DNA of 28,974 nt from NCBI GenBank assembly GCA_015520605.1, contig WAPT01000010.1:1-28974 (forward strand), given 5' to 3'. Both the position numbers and the translations under genes were made by a program. Origin of the DNA: Nanobdellati archaeon (lineage in GTDB: Archaea > EX4484-52 > WAPT01). The notes under the pieces are model-generated. The model was not told where the DNA came from. It worked only from the letters and a program-made list of their open reading frames with translations, and did no database searches. Shown here in pieces: positions 7,686-16,366 of the stretch. The stretch's first letter is position 1; each line of letters begins with the position of its first letter.

Positions 7686-10442
7686 TTATTCCTCTCCGAC
7701 TTCGTACCTTGCGTCAAGCAGTTTTGTTATCTCCCTCGCCTTTTTCCGTCCAATACCCTCGACCTTCTGCAGCTCCTGTTCACTTGCAGAAAAGACCTTT
7801 CTTACGCTTCCGAAGTGCTGCAGGAGATTCTTCGCAAGCTTTGTGTTCACTCCTGGAAGCCCCGCAACAACGAATTCCTGAAGTTCCTCCAACCTCTTGG
7901 GACGCCTCTTCACCCTTATCGCTATCGTGCCGTTTCTTTCCTCCTGCTCCCGTTTTGCCAGAGTTATGAGAAAAAGTGCCGTCTCCCTCTCATTTTCGGT
8001 GAATACCACCGGAATGTTGAAGTCCAGAATAGCTGAGGCTATGGCACCCCTTATAGCATTCGGATGTACGTTGCGATGGTAAAAGTCCCTACCCTCAATC
8101 ACGAGTATTGGTCTTTCAAAAGCCTCTGTAAGGTTCCTCAGCTGGTTGAACAGCCTTCCATCAACTATGGAGTTTACAAAATCCCTTGCTGTTTTCCTCT
8201 CAATGCCCACGCTCGCCGATATCTGGAAATCCCCCACATCAATCTGCTTGACCCGCACATCAGCACCCATCTCTATCAAGATCTTTATCAGTTTCTTCTC
8301 CCTCGCGTCAGCATATATCACTACTCTGCCCGAGACTGATGTTCCCCAAGCGCCCTGCTCATCACTTCTTTCCTTACTCGTACAGTTTCCCACCTCCGAA
8401 AAAACGGAATTATCATCGTCACGAGGTGCAAACTCAATTTTCCTGCTTCCATTTCCATTCTCCCTTATAAAATTGTCAAGGGACATCTGAATCGGTACAA
8501 AGGATTTCTTTTCCTCAGTATCTTTTACTTCCTCCTCTCTGTTTCCTTTTTCCTCACGACTCTTGTTAGTTTCCCCACAACCGTTTTCGATCTTTTCTTC
8601 TCCCATTCTTCCTTCACTCTCTTCACCTTCTTTCCTTCTATCATCTCTTTTCTCTTCCTTGGTGAGAGATTCCTCTCTATGATCTCCTACAGCGGTCTTT
8701 TCCTCCCCACCACCAGCATCTCTATTTTCCATTGACATATTTTCGGGCTTAACGTTCCAGGGGGAGTCCGCAAGCTTTATCGAGTTCACCACGCCCTGCT
8801 TGGAGAAAAATGGTGAGGTGTGTACCACAATGTTTGCTTTTTTTAGTTCTTCCCTCAATTTTCTTAGATATTTCATCATTCTCTTCTCTTTATGATAAGC
8901 ACTCCAGTAGAAAGCTTCATCCATAGTGCCTTTAGTCATCAGAATGTAGATTCTTCCCTCTCCAAACCTCCCGGTTCTGCCCCTCCTCTGTATGCTTCTT
9001 ATCTCGGAAGGTATGGGTTCGTAAAATATAACCGTATCCACCTTTGGTATGTCCAGTCCCTCTTCAGCAACGGAAGAGGCCACAAGCACGTTAAACAGAC
9101 CTTTCCTGAACGCTTCCATGATCTCGAGTTGCTTTTTTTGAGTCATCCCCTTTCTCTGACCGACGAAAAGCACCGGTTTCAACGATGAGCTTCCGTGCTT
9201 CTTTATATACTCAACTACAAGTTCCGCTGTCTTCACATACTGTGCAAAAACTATAGCCTTTCTGTCGTCCTTTACTTCCCGTTCCAGAATGGAAAGTATG
9301 TGCTTGAACTTGGGGTGTTCCACTCCACTTGAAATAAGCCTTGAGAGAAGAGATATTGCTGCCTTTACGTCCTCATCTGCTAAAAGCATCTCGTCAGCTT
9401 TCCTTTTGTTTTCGTCCATCTCAAGCTCCCTGAAAAACTCATAGCACTGTCTTGCTCCCTGAGTCTGGAGAAGTTCGATTGCATGGAGAAGCTTGATAGC
9501 CATAGCCAAAGCCTGAGCGGCCCCGAAAAGAGCACCGCTTCCCTCTCCCTTCTCGAGGGCTTTCAGCACTCTCTCCTGGAGCTCCAGCAGTACTTTTTTG
9601 GATATTTTTCTAGGGGAAGCGGGCACCTCTCTGAAGCCAGCATTTCTCAGGCTTGCGAGCCTCTTTTTCAACGCTCTCTCAAGAAGTCTGCTCACCTTTA
9701 CAAAAGCTTCCGGAATCCTGACCGTAACCCATTTTATTTCCTTCCTCGCAACGTAAGGTTTTACATCTGGATCGAGCTCGGTTCGGATTTCCACATTCTC
9801 AACAAAAAGATTGCCACAAATCATTCCTATTTTCTCCACGCTCCCGCCGGGGGATGCCGTGAGCCCAAGTATCAATGGATTCTTTGCTTCCTCCATGTAC
9901 CTGCGCGCTATGTAGGTATAGGCATAGTCCCCCACCGCTCTGTGAGCTTCATCAAAAACCACAAGCGAGAAATCCTTAAAGCTTAGCAGTCCCGTGATTA
10001 TGTCGTTCTCCACAACCTGAGGAGTTGCAAAGAAAACCCTGCCTTTGCTCCAAAGCTCAGTTCGCTTATCCCTTTTCACCTTTCCCGTAACAACCACAAA
10101 GGCCTCTGGCGGGAGCTTCAGGAACTCTCTGAAAGTGCGGTAGTGCTGCTCAACCAAGGGTTTTGTAGGAGCCATCACAAGAACCTTGCTTTCCGGATAC
10201 TTGTAGAGACGGTGGGCAGCTACAAGTATGGCTATGGGGGTCTTCCCAAGTCCGGTCGGCAGAACAACGAGCGAGTTTTTGTTGATACAGCTTGCGGCTA
10301 TTATCTCCTGATATCTCCTTCTTTCCATCTTCCCCTCTCTCAAAAGAGGGTGCGAGAAGTACTCTCTGAAAGATTGCGGGGGCTCGCTGTTTTCCTTCTC
10401 ATTTTTCTCGAGTATTGCGGAGATTTCGGGCTTCGTGCTCAT
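7686..10442 (-). CDS. hef: Hef helicase-nuclease (FANCM/ERCC4-like)
   Basis: PTGLGKT, DEAH, TAS and QRRGRTGR SF2 motifs; charged disordered linker; ERCC4 nuclease GDF...ERK; C-terminal (HhH)2. Confidence 0.95.
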   Translation of the reverse strand: MSTKPEISAILEKNEKENSEPPQSFREYFSHPLLREGKMERRRYQEIIAASCINKNSLVVLPTGLGKTPIAILVAAHRLYKYPESKVLVMAPTKPLVEQHYRTFREFLKLPPEAFVVVTGKVKRDKRTELWSKGRVFFATPQVVENDIITGLLSFKDFSLVVFDEAHRAVGDYAYTYIARRYMEEAKNPLILGLTASPGGSVEKIGMICGNLFVENVEIRTELDPDVKPYVARKEIKWVTVRIPEAFVKVSRLLERALKKRLASLRNAGFREVPASPRKISKKVLLELQERVLKALEKGEGSGALFGAAQALAMAIKLLHAIELLQTQGARQCYEFFRELEMDENKRKADEMLLADEDVKAAISLLSRLISSGVEHPKFKHILSILEREVKDDRKAIVFAQYVKTAELVVEYIKKHGSSSLKPVLFVGQRKGMTQKKQLEIMEAFRKGLFNVLVASSVAEEGLDIPKVDTVIFYEPIPSEIRSIQRRGRTGRFGEGRIYILMTKGTMDEAFYWSAYHKEKRMMKYLRKLREELKKANIVVHTSPFFSKQGVVNSIKLADSPWNVKPENMSMENRDAGGGEEKTAVGDHREESLTKEEKRDDRRKEGEESEGRMGEEKIENGCGETNKSREEKGNREEEVKDTEEKKSFVPIQMSLDNFIRENGNGSRKIEFAPRDDDNSVFSEVGNCTSKERSDEQGAWGTSVSGRVVIYADAREKKLIKILIEMGADVRVKQIDVGDFQISASVGIERKTARDFVNSIVDGRLFNQLRNLTEAFERPILVIEGRDFYHRNVHPNAIRGAIASAILDFNIPVVFTENERETALFLITLAKREQEERNGTIAIRVKRRPKRLEELQEFVVAGLPGVNTKLAKNLLQHFGSVRKVFSASEQELQKVEGIGRKKAREITKLLDARYEVGEE

Positions 10443-10616
10443 GAAAATAATGTGGAGTGCTAAAAATTAAATTAAGATGCTACACAACCATCTTTACTCG
10501 TCCTTCCTGGCTCTCCGCAGCAGATCTGAAAAATGAAATCCGTGCTTGCTATGCTTATCGGGAGTCAAAATTTCCCGAAAACAAAGTCAAAAGGTTTTAC
10601 CAACACAATAGAACAC

Positions 10617-11024
10617 ATGAAAGTCGTCGCTTTAGCGGTGATATTCCACAAGGACAAAATCCTCATAGGAAGAAAACGTTTCGGAGAACATCCCATGAAT
10701 CTTGGTGGTAAGTGGCATGTAATCGGAGGAAAAGTTGAGGAAGGCGAAACCGAAGAGGAGGCTGTAAAGAGGGAGGTAAAAGAAGAGACAGGACTTGATG
10801 TTAAAGTAGTAAAAAGGTTGGGAGAGAAAACAGTAAAAAACAGAAAAGGGGAAGAAGCTAAAGTGGTAACATTTCTTTGTGAGGCTGAAGAAGATGGTGC
10901 TGTAGCAAAAAGCGATTTGATTGAAGTGAAATGGGTTAGAAGAGGGGATTTTCTCAAGAACATCTGCAAAGAATCTCGCTCCATGTTGCCAGAGAATATT
11001 GAGAGCGTGTTGCGAGGTTATTAA
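10617..11024 (+). CDS. Nudix hydrolase (MutT-like)
   Basis: Nudix box GGKVEEGETEEEAVKREVKEETGL; ATG 10617 preferred over 10533. Confidence 0.92.
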   Translation: MKVVALAVIFHKDKILIGRKRFGEHPMNLGGKWHVIGGKVEEGETEEEAVKREVKEETGLDVKVVKRLGEKTVKNRKGEEAKVVTFLCEAEEDGAVAKSDLIEVKWVRRGDFLKNICKESRSMLPENIESVLRGY

Positions 11025-11413
11025 CGGCGTTTGTTTCTTTACACAATCTCAAATAGGAGGGAGAATTATAAACGCGGGCTTCAGATTTCTTCACACCCAA
11101 AGCTAAAGACTTTCCGATGGTACTTTATTTCTACACGATGATCGGCTTTAAATTCCATCTTAGCACCCACAAGCTTCTTCTTTTCCTCTTCGCTCAGTAT
11201 TTCAAGGTAATAAAGAGAATTGGCTTTGGTTAATACCTTTGCGAGACCACAAGAGAACTTATTGATTTTGTGAAGACACAATGAGATGGAATCTTAGGCA
11301 AACATTTGTTACGAGGCGGTTTCCTCACTCCTGACTAAGATTTAAAAAAATTACCCGTCCATTTAGTTTACGTCAAAAATTTCTTGCACGAGAACACTTT
11401 CTGGTGAGCGCAA

Positions 11414-11989
11414 ATGTATTTCATAAGCACAATTGAGGACAAGGTGCGGGTTCCTCCCGAATGGCTCAGCGGAAATAAGATAGAGGCCATAAAAAGGTCT
11501 CTGGCTAAAAAATACGAGAATAAAATCGTCCCTGAACTTGAGGGTGTTGTGCTTGCCATAATGGATATACTTAAAGTGGGGCAGGGAAGGTTGGTTGTTG
11601 AGGATCCAGGAGTGCACTACCCCGTTAAGTTCAAAGCGCTTGTGTTCAGACCCTTGCTTAATGAGGTTGTGGAAGGTCAGGTTGTGGACATAACGGAGTT
11701 CGGTGTCTTCGTGCGCTTTGGCCCAATCGATGCCCTCTGCCATATCTCGCAGGTTACGAACGATTACCTGAGTTATGATAGAAAGAATGTTATGCTTGTG
11801 GGAAGAGACACAAAGCGTGTACTTAAGGTAGGACATATAGTCAGGGCGAGGATCATCGGTGTGAGTATGAAGAAGAGTGAGCAGAACAAAATAATTTTGA
11901 CAATGAGGCAACCTGGATTGGGCGCGATAGAGTGGATAATTGCTGAGAGGGAGGAAAAGGCGAAGGCTGAGGGAAAAGGTAAGAAGTAG
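11414..11989 (+). CDS. rpoE1: RNA polymerase subunit E' (Rpo7)
   Basis: VRVPP, EVVEGQVVDITEFGVFVRFGPIDALCHISQV S1 domain and LTMRQPGLG. Confidence 0.96.
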   Translation: MYFISTIEDKVRVPPEWLSGNKIEAIKRSLAKKYENKIVPELEGVVLAIMDILKVGQGRLVVEDPGVHYPVKFKALVFRPLLNEVVEGQVVDITEFGVFVRFGPIDALCHISQVTNDYLSYDRKNVMLVGRDTKRVLKVGHIVRARIIGVSMKKSEQNKIILTMRQPGLGAIEWIIAEREEKAKAEGKGKK

Positions 11990-12040
11990 TCCTGTGTAGT
12001 AGCCACGACAGACCTTCAGCCAAGTTGAGGTGATGGAAGA

Positions 12041-12220
12041 ATGAAGGCCTGCAGGGAGTGCAAAAGGATAGTGGAGGAAGGAGACGAGTGTGTGGTCTGT
12101 GGGAGCAAGGATCTCACACGAAACTGGAAGGGCATAGTCATAATATGGGATGTTGAGAGCGAGATAGCTAAAAAGCTTGGTATAACTGCTCCGGGCAAAT
12201 ATGCTCTTCAAGTGTTTTAA
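12041..12220 (+). CDS. spt4: Transcription elongation factor Spt4 (RpoE''), 59 aa, absent from the ORF track
   Basis: MKACRECKRIVEEGDECVVCGSKDLTRNWKGIVIIWDVESEIAKKLGITAPGKYALQVF; SD GAGGTGA at 12027-12033; canonical position after rpoE'. Confidence 0.95.
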   Translation: MKACRECKRIVEEGDECVVCGSKDLTRNWKGIVIIWDVESEIAKKLGITAPGKYALQVF

Positions 12221-12247
12221 AAGCGATGCAGAAGGAGGTGCGTTGCT

Positions 12248-12550
12248 ATGGAGATCACGATAGTTAAGGATGTTCAGAATCCTCTGCTTGAAAGGAGGGA
12301 AATAGAGGCCATAGTTTCCTTTCAGGGTGCCACTCCCAGCAGAAAGGAAATCCTCGCTGAGCTATCCAAAAAGCTGAAGGTAGATGACACCCACATAGAG
12401 GTGGACAAAATCTACCAGCGCTTTGGCAAGCAGGAAGCCAAAGTAATTGCGTTTGTGTTTCCCAAGCCTATAAGGGAGAAGGAGGAGACAAAGCAGGAAC
12501 AGGAAGGGGGAACAGAGGAAGCTAAAGCTTTAGAACAGACACAGCAGTGA
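12248..12550 (+). CDS. rps24e: 30S ribosomal protein S24e
   Basis: NPLLERREI, GATPSRKEI motifs; SD GGAGGTG; synteny. Confidence 0.93.
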   Translation: MEITIVKDVQNPLLERREIEAIVSFQGATPSRKEILAELSKKLKVDDTHIEVDKIYQRFGKQEAKVIAFVFPKPIREKEETKQEQEGGTEEAKALEQTQQ

Positions 12551-12584
12551 GAGGATGTAAAGAGCTGAAAACCACTTACCCTTC

Positions 12585-12606
12585 GCTAAATTTTTTAAAA
12601 TTTAGC
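12585..12606. promoter_or_regulatory. Perfect inverted repeat overlapping a TATA-like element upstream of rps27ae
   Basis: GCTAAATTTT-TT-AAAATTTAGC, with 10-bp arms. Confidence 0.45.
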
Positions 12607-12634
12607 TGTTCATGCTTGTGTGGGGTGATGCATT

Positions 12635-12841
12635 ATAGCCAAGAAGCCCAAGAGCAAGAGCAAACACAAGAAAGTACAGCTCTGGAAGAAATATGAGGTG
12701 AAGGATGGTAAAGTGATAAGGAAGGGTAAACTCTGCCCGAAGTGCAGAAGCTTTCTTGCTGAAGCGGGCAACAGGCTCTTCTGTGGTAAATGCTGGTATG
12801 TTGAAGTACCTAAAGAGACAAAAGAGGGTTCTTCCGTGTGA
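12635..12841 (+). CDS. rps27ae: 30S ribosomal protein S27ae (eS31), apparent ATA start, absent from the ORF track
   Basis: (M)AKKPKSKSKHKKVQLWKKYEVKDGKVIRKGKLCPKCRSFLAEAGNRLFCGKCWYVEVPKETKEGSSV, containing a CPKC/CGKC zinc ribbon. SD GGGGTGA at 12622-12628; in-frame TGA at 12626-12628. Confidence 0.92.
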   Translation: MAKKPKSKSKHKKVQLWKKYEVKDGKVIRKGKLCPKCRSFLAEAGNRLFCGKCWYVEVPKETKEGSSV

Positions 12842-12847
12842 AAACTT

Positions 12848-12963
12848 AAGCGACCTGTTCACCACACCCAATCTGGGTCCGTGCAAATGGGGGACGACCC
12901 TTATTAATTATCTTTGTGAGATCACGAGCTGAGCGGGTGGAAGAGGGATCGGGCAGGTTGTTT
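12848..12963 (+). ncRNA. Candidate structured RNA (multibranch) followed by a U-tract
   Basis: 13-bp closing helix AAGCGACCUGUUC/GGGCAGGUUGUUU containing G-U pairs. Internal hairpins ACCCA-AUC-UGGGU and CCGU-GCAA-AUGG, plus helix GACCCUU/GAGGGAUC. Confidence 0.45.
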
Positions 12964-13026
12964 TTCTCGGTGTATGGCCGGTCTCTTGCGGAATTATAAA
13001 ATATTTTCGGTTACAATGAGTTCGGT

Positions 13027-14001
13027 ATGATCTGCTTGGGGATAGAAAGTACAGCTCACACTTTTGGGGTTGGAATAGCAACCGATGAGAACGGTGGAAA
13101 AATCCTCGCAAACGAAAAAAGCACATACACCACAGAGCATGGTGGGATGAAGCCAAGGGATGTGGCTGAACACCACGCTTCCATGGCAAGGGATGTTCTT
13201 CTTGCTGCGCTGGAAAAGGCACAACTCTCTATAAAAGATGTTGATCTCGTTGCTTTCTCGGCTGGACCGGGCATGGGACCATGCTTAAAGATAGGGGAGA
13301 TCGTGGCCAAATACCTTTGCCTGAAGTATGATAAGCCTGTGGTGCCTGTAAACCACTGTCAGGCGCACATAGAAATAGGGCTGCTCGTCACTCAGGCAAG
13401 GGATCCTGTAACGCTCTACGTTTCTGGAGGTAACACCCAGATAATAGCAAAGCTAAACAACCGCTACAGGATCCTTGGTGAGACGCTCGACATAGCTATA
13501 GGCAACGCTCTGGACAAGTTCGCGAGAGCAGCTGGCCTGGGCTTTCCCGGCGGGCCTGTGATTGAAAAACTTGCCAGGAGGGGCAGATTCGTCTCCCTGC
13601 CTTATGTCGTCAAGGGTATGGATTTTTCGTTCTCTGGTATTGTTACCGAGCTGGAAAGAAGGTTGAAGCAGGGCTATAAGCTTGAAGACCTGTGCTATTC
13701 ATTTCAGGAGCATGCCTTTGCCATGTTAACGGAAGCTGTTGAGAGGGCTCTAGCACACGCAGGCAAGGAGGAAGTGCTTCTTACAGGAGGTGTGGCTGCT
13801 AACAAAAGGCTTCAGGAAATGTTACGGACGATGTGTGAGGACAGAAACGCAAGGTTTTATGTAGTGCCAAGAGAATATGCTGGTGATAATGGCGCGATGA
13901 TAGCCTGGACAGGCATCATTATGGCCAGGAAGCATGCAACAAAGAACATTGAGAACGTGAGAAGTATACAGAGATGGCGAATCGACGAGGTGGAGATTTG
14001 A
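13027..14001 (+). CDS. kae1: tRNA N6-threonylcarbamoyladenosine synthase Kae1 (KEOPS), not fused to Bud32
   Basis: LGIESTAHTFG, NHCQAHIE, YVSGGNTQ, GETLDIAIGN, GGVAAN and DNGAMIA motifs; TTATAAAA at 12994-13001. Confidence 0.97.
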   Translation: MICLGIESTAHTFGVGIATDENGGKILANEKSTYTTEHGGMKPRDVAEHHASMARDVLLAALEKAQLSIKDVDLVAFSAGPGMGPCLKIGEIVAKYLCLKYDKPVVPVNHCQAHIEIGLLVTQARDPVTLYVSGGNTQIIAKLNNRYRILGETLDIAIGNALDKFARAAGLGFPGGPVIEKLARRGRFVSLPYVVKGMDFSFSGIVTELERRLKQGYKLEDLCYSFQEHAFAMLTEAVERALAHAGKEEVLLTGGVAANKRLQEMLRTMCEDRNARFYVVPREYAGDNGAMIAWTGIIMARKHATKNIENVRSIQRWRIDEVEI

Positions 14002-14013
14002 CAACGCGAGCCA

Positions 14014-14021
14014 TTTATAAG
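14014..14021 (+). promoter_or_regulatory. TATA box for hel308, probably leaderless
   Basis: TTTATAAG 23 nt upstream of ATG 14045; no SD. Confidence 0.55.
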
Positions 14022-14044
14022 GTTTAACTCTGAGTTTTATTCTC

Positions 14045-16267
14045 ATGAAAATTGATGAGCTTGCCGACTTTCTTGGAGAGGACATCGTTGAGACTATAAA
14101 GGAATTTGACGGGATTGCCGAGCTAAATGATCCGCAAAGGAAAGCTGTTAATGCTGGGTTATTCGCGGATGTGAGCATGGTTGTTGCCGCTCCTACAGCT
14201 TCGGGCAAGACATTAATCGCTGAGATGGCCGCCATTCATGAGATAAGGAACAGAGGGAAGAAGGTTGTTTATGTTGTGCCGCTCCGCTCAATAGGCAGCG
14301 AGAAATACAGAGAGTTTAAGCAGAAGTACGAGGATCTCAACATAAAGGTCGCTCTGAGTATGGGTGATTATGACAGTGATGATCCCTGGTTAAAATACTA
14401 CGATCTCATAATCACAACGTCCGAAAAACTTGAGAGTCTGTTAAGGCACAATGTGGAGTGGATAAGGGAAGTTGGTCTGTTGATCGTTGATGAAGTCCAC
14501 CTTCTCAACGATGTCAGCAGAGGGCCAACCCTTGAGATTGTGATAACCAAGCTTAGAGAGATGATCCCCACGCTTAGAGTTCTTGCGCTCTCGGCAACGA
14601 TAAGCAACGCTGAAGAAATAGCCTCTTGGCTCGACGCAAAGCTTGTTACATCCACCTACAGACCAATACCTGTTAAAAAATCCGTTTTCTGCGGTGGAGC
14701 GCTGCTGTATGAAAATGGGGAAATGGAAAAACTTGCCGGAGTCGGTGATGCTGACGGAATGCTCATCTACTTTGCCAACAGGAATAAACAGCTACTCGTG
14801 TTTGTAAACTCGAGAAGAAACGCGGAGAACCTGGCGGCAAAGCTTTCCGGAAAGGTGCTCATCAAAAGACAGGAAAAGGTCTTCTTGAACTCCCTAGCAA
14901 GTGAGGTTCTCTCAGCTCTCGACACACCTACGGAGCAATGCAAGAAGTTGGCTTCTTGCGTTAAGAATGGAGTGGCTTTTCACCACGCAGGTCTCGTTCA
15001 GAAGCAAAGGGAGCTTCTGGAGAATGGTTTCAGAAAAGGGTTGATAAAAATAATGGTGGCCACGCCCACGCTTGCAGCTGGAGTTAACCTTCCAGCAAGT
15101 GTGGTTGTGGTTAAGCACCTTTCGAGGTTTGAGAGTGGGGAGGGTGCACAGTACATTCCCGTACTGGAGTTCCAGCAGATGATAGGGAGGAGCGGAAGGC
15201 CGAAATATGACAAAGAAGGGCTCGCTATAGCTGTGGCCAAGAACGAGAGAGAGGCTGAGTATAGTATGGAGCGCTACATAAAGGGGAAACCCGAGCCCGT
15301 GTACTCAAAACTTGCTGTCGAGCCCGTGCTGAGAGTTCACCTCCTTGGGTTGATAGCCAGCGTGCCTTTCACCACCTTTACTCAAATAATGGGTTTCATA
15401 TCAAAAACCTTCTACGCATTCCAGTACAGGGAGCTGAACGAAATCAGAGCGAAGGTGAGAAGGATCGTGGATATGCTCGAAGCTTTTGAGCTCGTGGAGG
15501 TGGAAACTGGAGGTAAGAGTAGTAATATTGCGGGCGGTTTGTTTTTCAGGGCAAGCGATAGCGGGAAAAACTTAAAAATAAGGGCAACAAAACTCGGAAA
15601 GAGAGTATCCGAACTTTATATAGACCCTGTGTCGGCACATCTTCTCGTTTCTGGCCTAAGAAGGGAAAATATGAGAAATGCTGATGAGGTATCCTTCTTT
15701 CACCTCATAGCTTTGACCACCGAATTTAAACCCCTTCCGAGTGTAAGCAGGAAAGAGGAGGAAAAGCTGTTGCTCATGCTTGAGGAGCATGAAGAGAAGC
15801 TACTTGTCGAACTCCCTCCTCTGTGGAGCTTTGAAATCGCCACGCACATGAGGGCCATGAAGGCCGCGCTTGTACTCAAAAGCTGGGTTGAGGAGGAGAA
15901 GGAGGATGTTATTTCTTCCAAATTTGGAGTCGCGCCCGGAGATCTGAGAATCATGATAGAAAATACTGAATGGCTGCTCTATTCAACGGAAGAAGTGGGA
16001 AGGGTTATAAACGCTGATGCTTCCATTCTCAACAGGATCGAAAGACTCAGGAAGAGAGTGGTGCATGGAGTTAGGGAAGACGTTCTGGAGTTCGTTCTCC
16101 TTCCAGGAATAGGGAGAGTCAAGGCAAGGAAGCTTTATAACGCAGGCATAAGAAGTATAAAGGATATCGGTAGGATAAACAGAGCTGTGCTGGAAAGTAT
16201 CGTGGGGGTGAAAACAGCGGAAAAAGTTCTGAAAGCGCTGCAGGAAATGAAAGAACAAAGCCAGTAG
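14045..16267 (+). CDS. hel308: Ski2-like DNA helicase Hel308/Hjm
   Basis: APTASGKT, DEVH, SAT, FHHAGL, TPTLAAGVNLP, QMIGRSGRP motifs; C-terminal HhH (GIGRVKARKLY). Confidence 0.96.
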   Translation: MKIDELADFLGEDIVETIKEFDGIAELNDPQRKAVNAGLFADVSMVVAAPTASGKTLIAEMAAIHEIRNRGKKVVYVVPLRSIGSEKYREFKQKYEDLNIKVALSMGDYDSDDPWLKYYDLIITTSEKLESLLRHNVEWIREVGLLIVDEVHLLNDVSRGPTLEIVITKLREMIPTLRVLALSATISNAEEIASWLDAKLVTSTYRPIPVKKSVFCGGALLYENGEMEKLAGVGDADGMLIYFANRNKQLLVFVNSRRNAENLAAKLSGKVLIKRQEKVFLNSLASEVLSALDTPTEQCKKLASCVKNGVAFHHAGLVQKQRELLENGFRKGLIKIMVATPTLAAGVNLPASVVVVKHLSRFESGEGAQYIPVLEFQQMIGRSGRPKYDKEGLAIAVAKNEREAEYSMERYIKGKPEPVYSKLAVEPVLRVHLLGLIASVPFTTFTQIMGFISKTFYAFQYRELNEIRAKVRRIVDMLEAFELVEVETGGKSSNIAGGLFFRASDSGKNLKIRATKLGKRVSELYIDPVSAHLLVSGLRRENMRNADEVSFFHLIALTTEFKPLPSVSRKEEEKLLLMLEEHEEKLLVELPPLWSFEIATHMRAMKAALVLKSWVEEEKEDVISSKFGVAPGDLRIMIENTEWLLYSTEEVGRVINADASILNRIERLRKRVVHGVREDVLEFVLLPGIGRVKARKLYNAGIRSIKDIGRINRAVLESIVGVKTAEKVLKALQEMKEQSQ

Positions 16268-16366
16268 GATCTTTAAAATGAAACATCATAAATTGCTCTA
16301 CAGAGAGATTGTTTTTATTTATAAGTGTTAAAAATTTAAAAGTTGCAGAAATCCTACTCATACATT

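Noticed and set aside
10557-10579. Small hairpin TCGGGA...TCCCGA upstream of the Nudix gene
   Set aside because: A 6-bp stem is too weak to distinguish from chance.
11081-11281. 66-aa minus-strand ORF between the Nudix gene and rpoE'
   Set aside because: Short, no motif and no convincing start signal. It could be a gene remnant but cannot be supported.
11363-12211. 282-aa minus-strand ORF
   Set aside because: Antisense to the clearly real rpoE' and spt4 genes.
12877-12900. c-di-GMP-I riboswitch (GNRA loop followed by GGGACG)
   Set aside because: The GGCAAAC and GCAAAG elements and the second hairpin pattern are absent.
12860-12991. 5S rRNA on the minus strand (CGGCCATAC...CCCGATC resemblance)
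   Set aside because: It lacks the CCGAAC and GAAGUUAAG-type motifs and a pairing partner for the 5' end about 120 nt downstream. The G-U pairs favour the plus strand.
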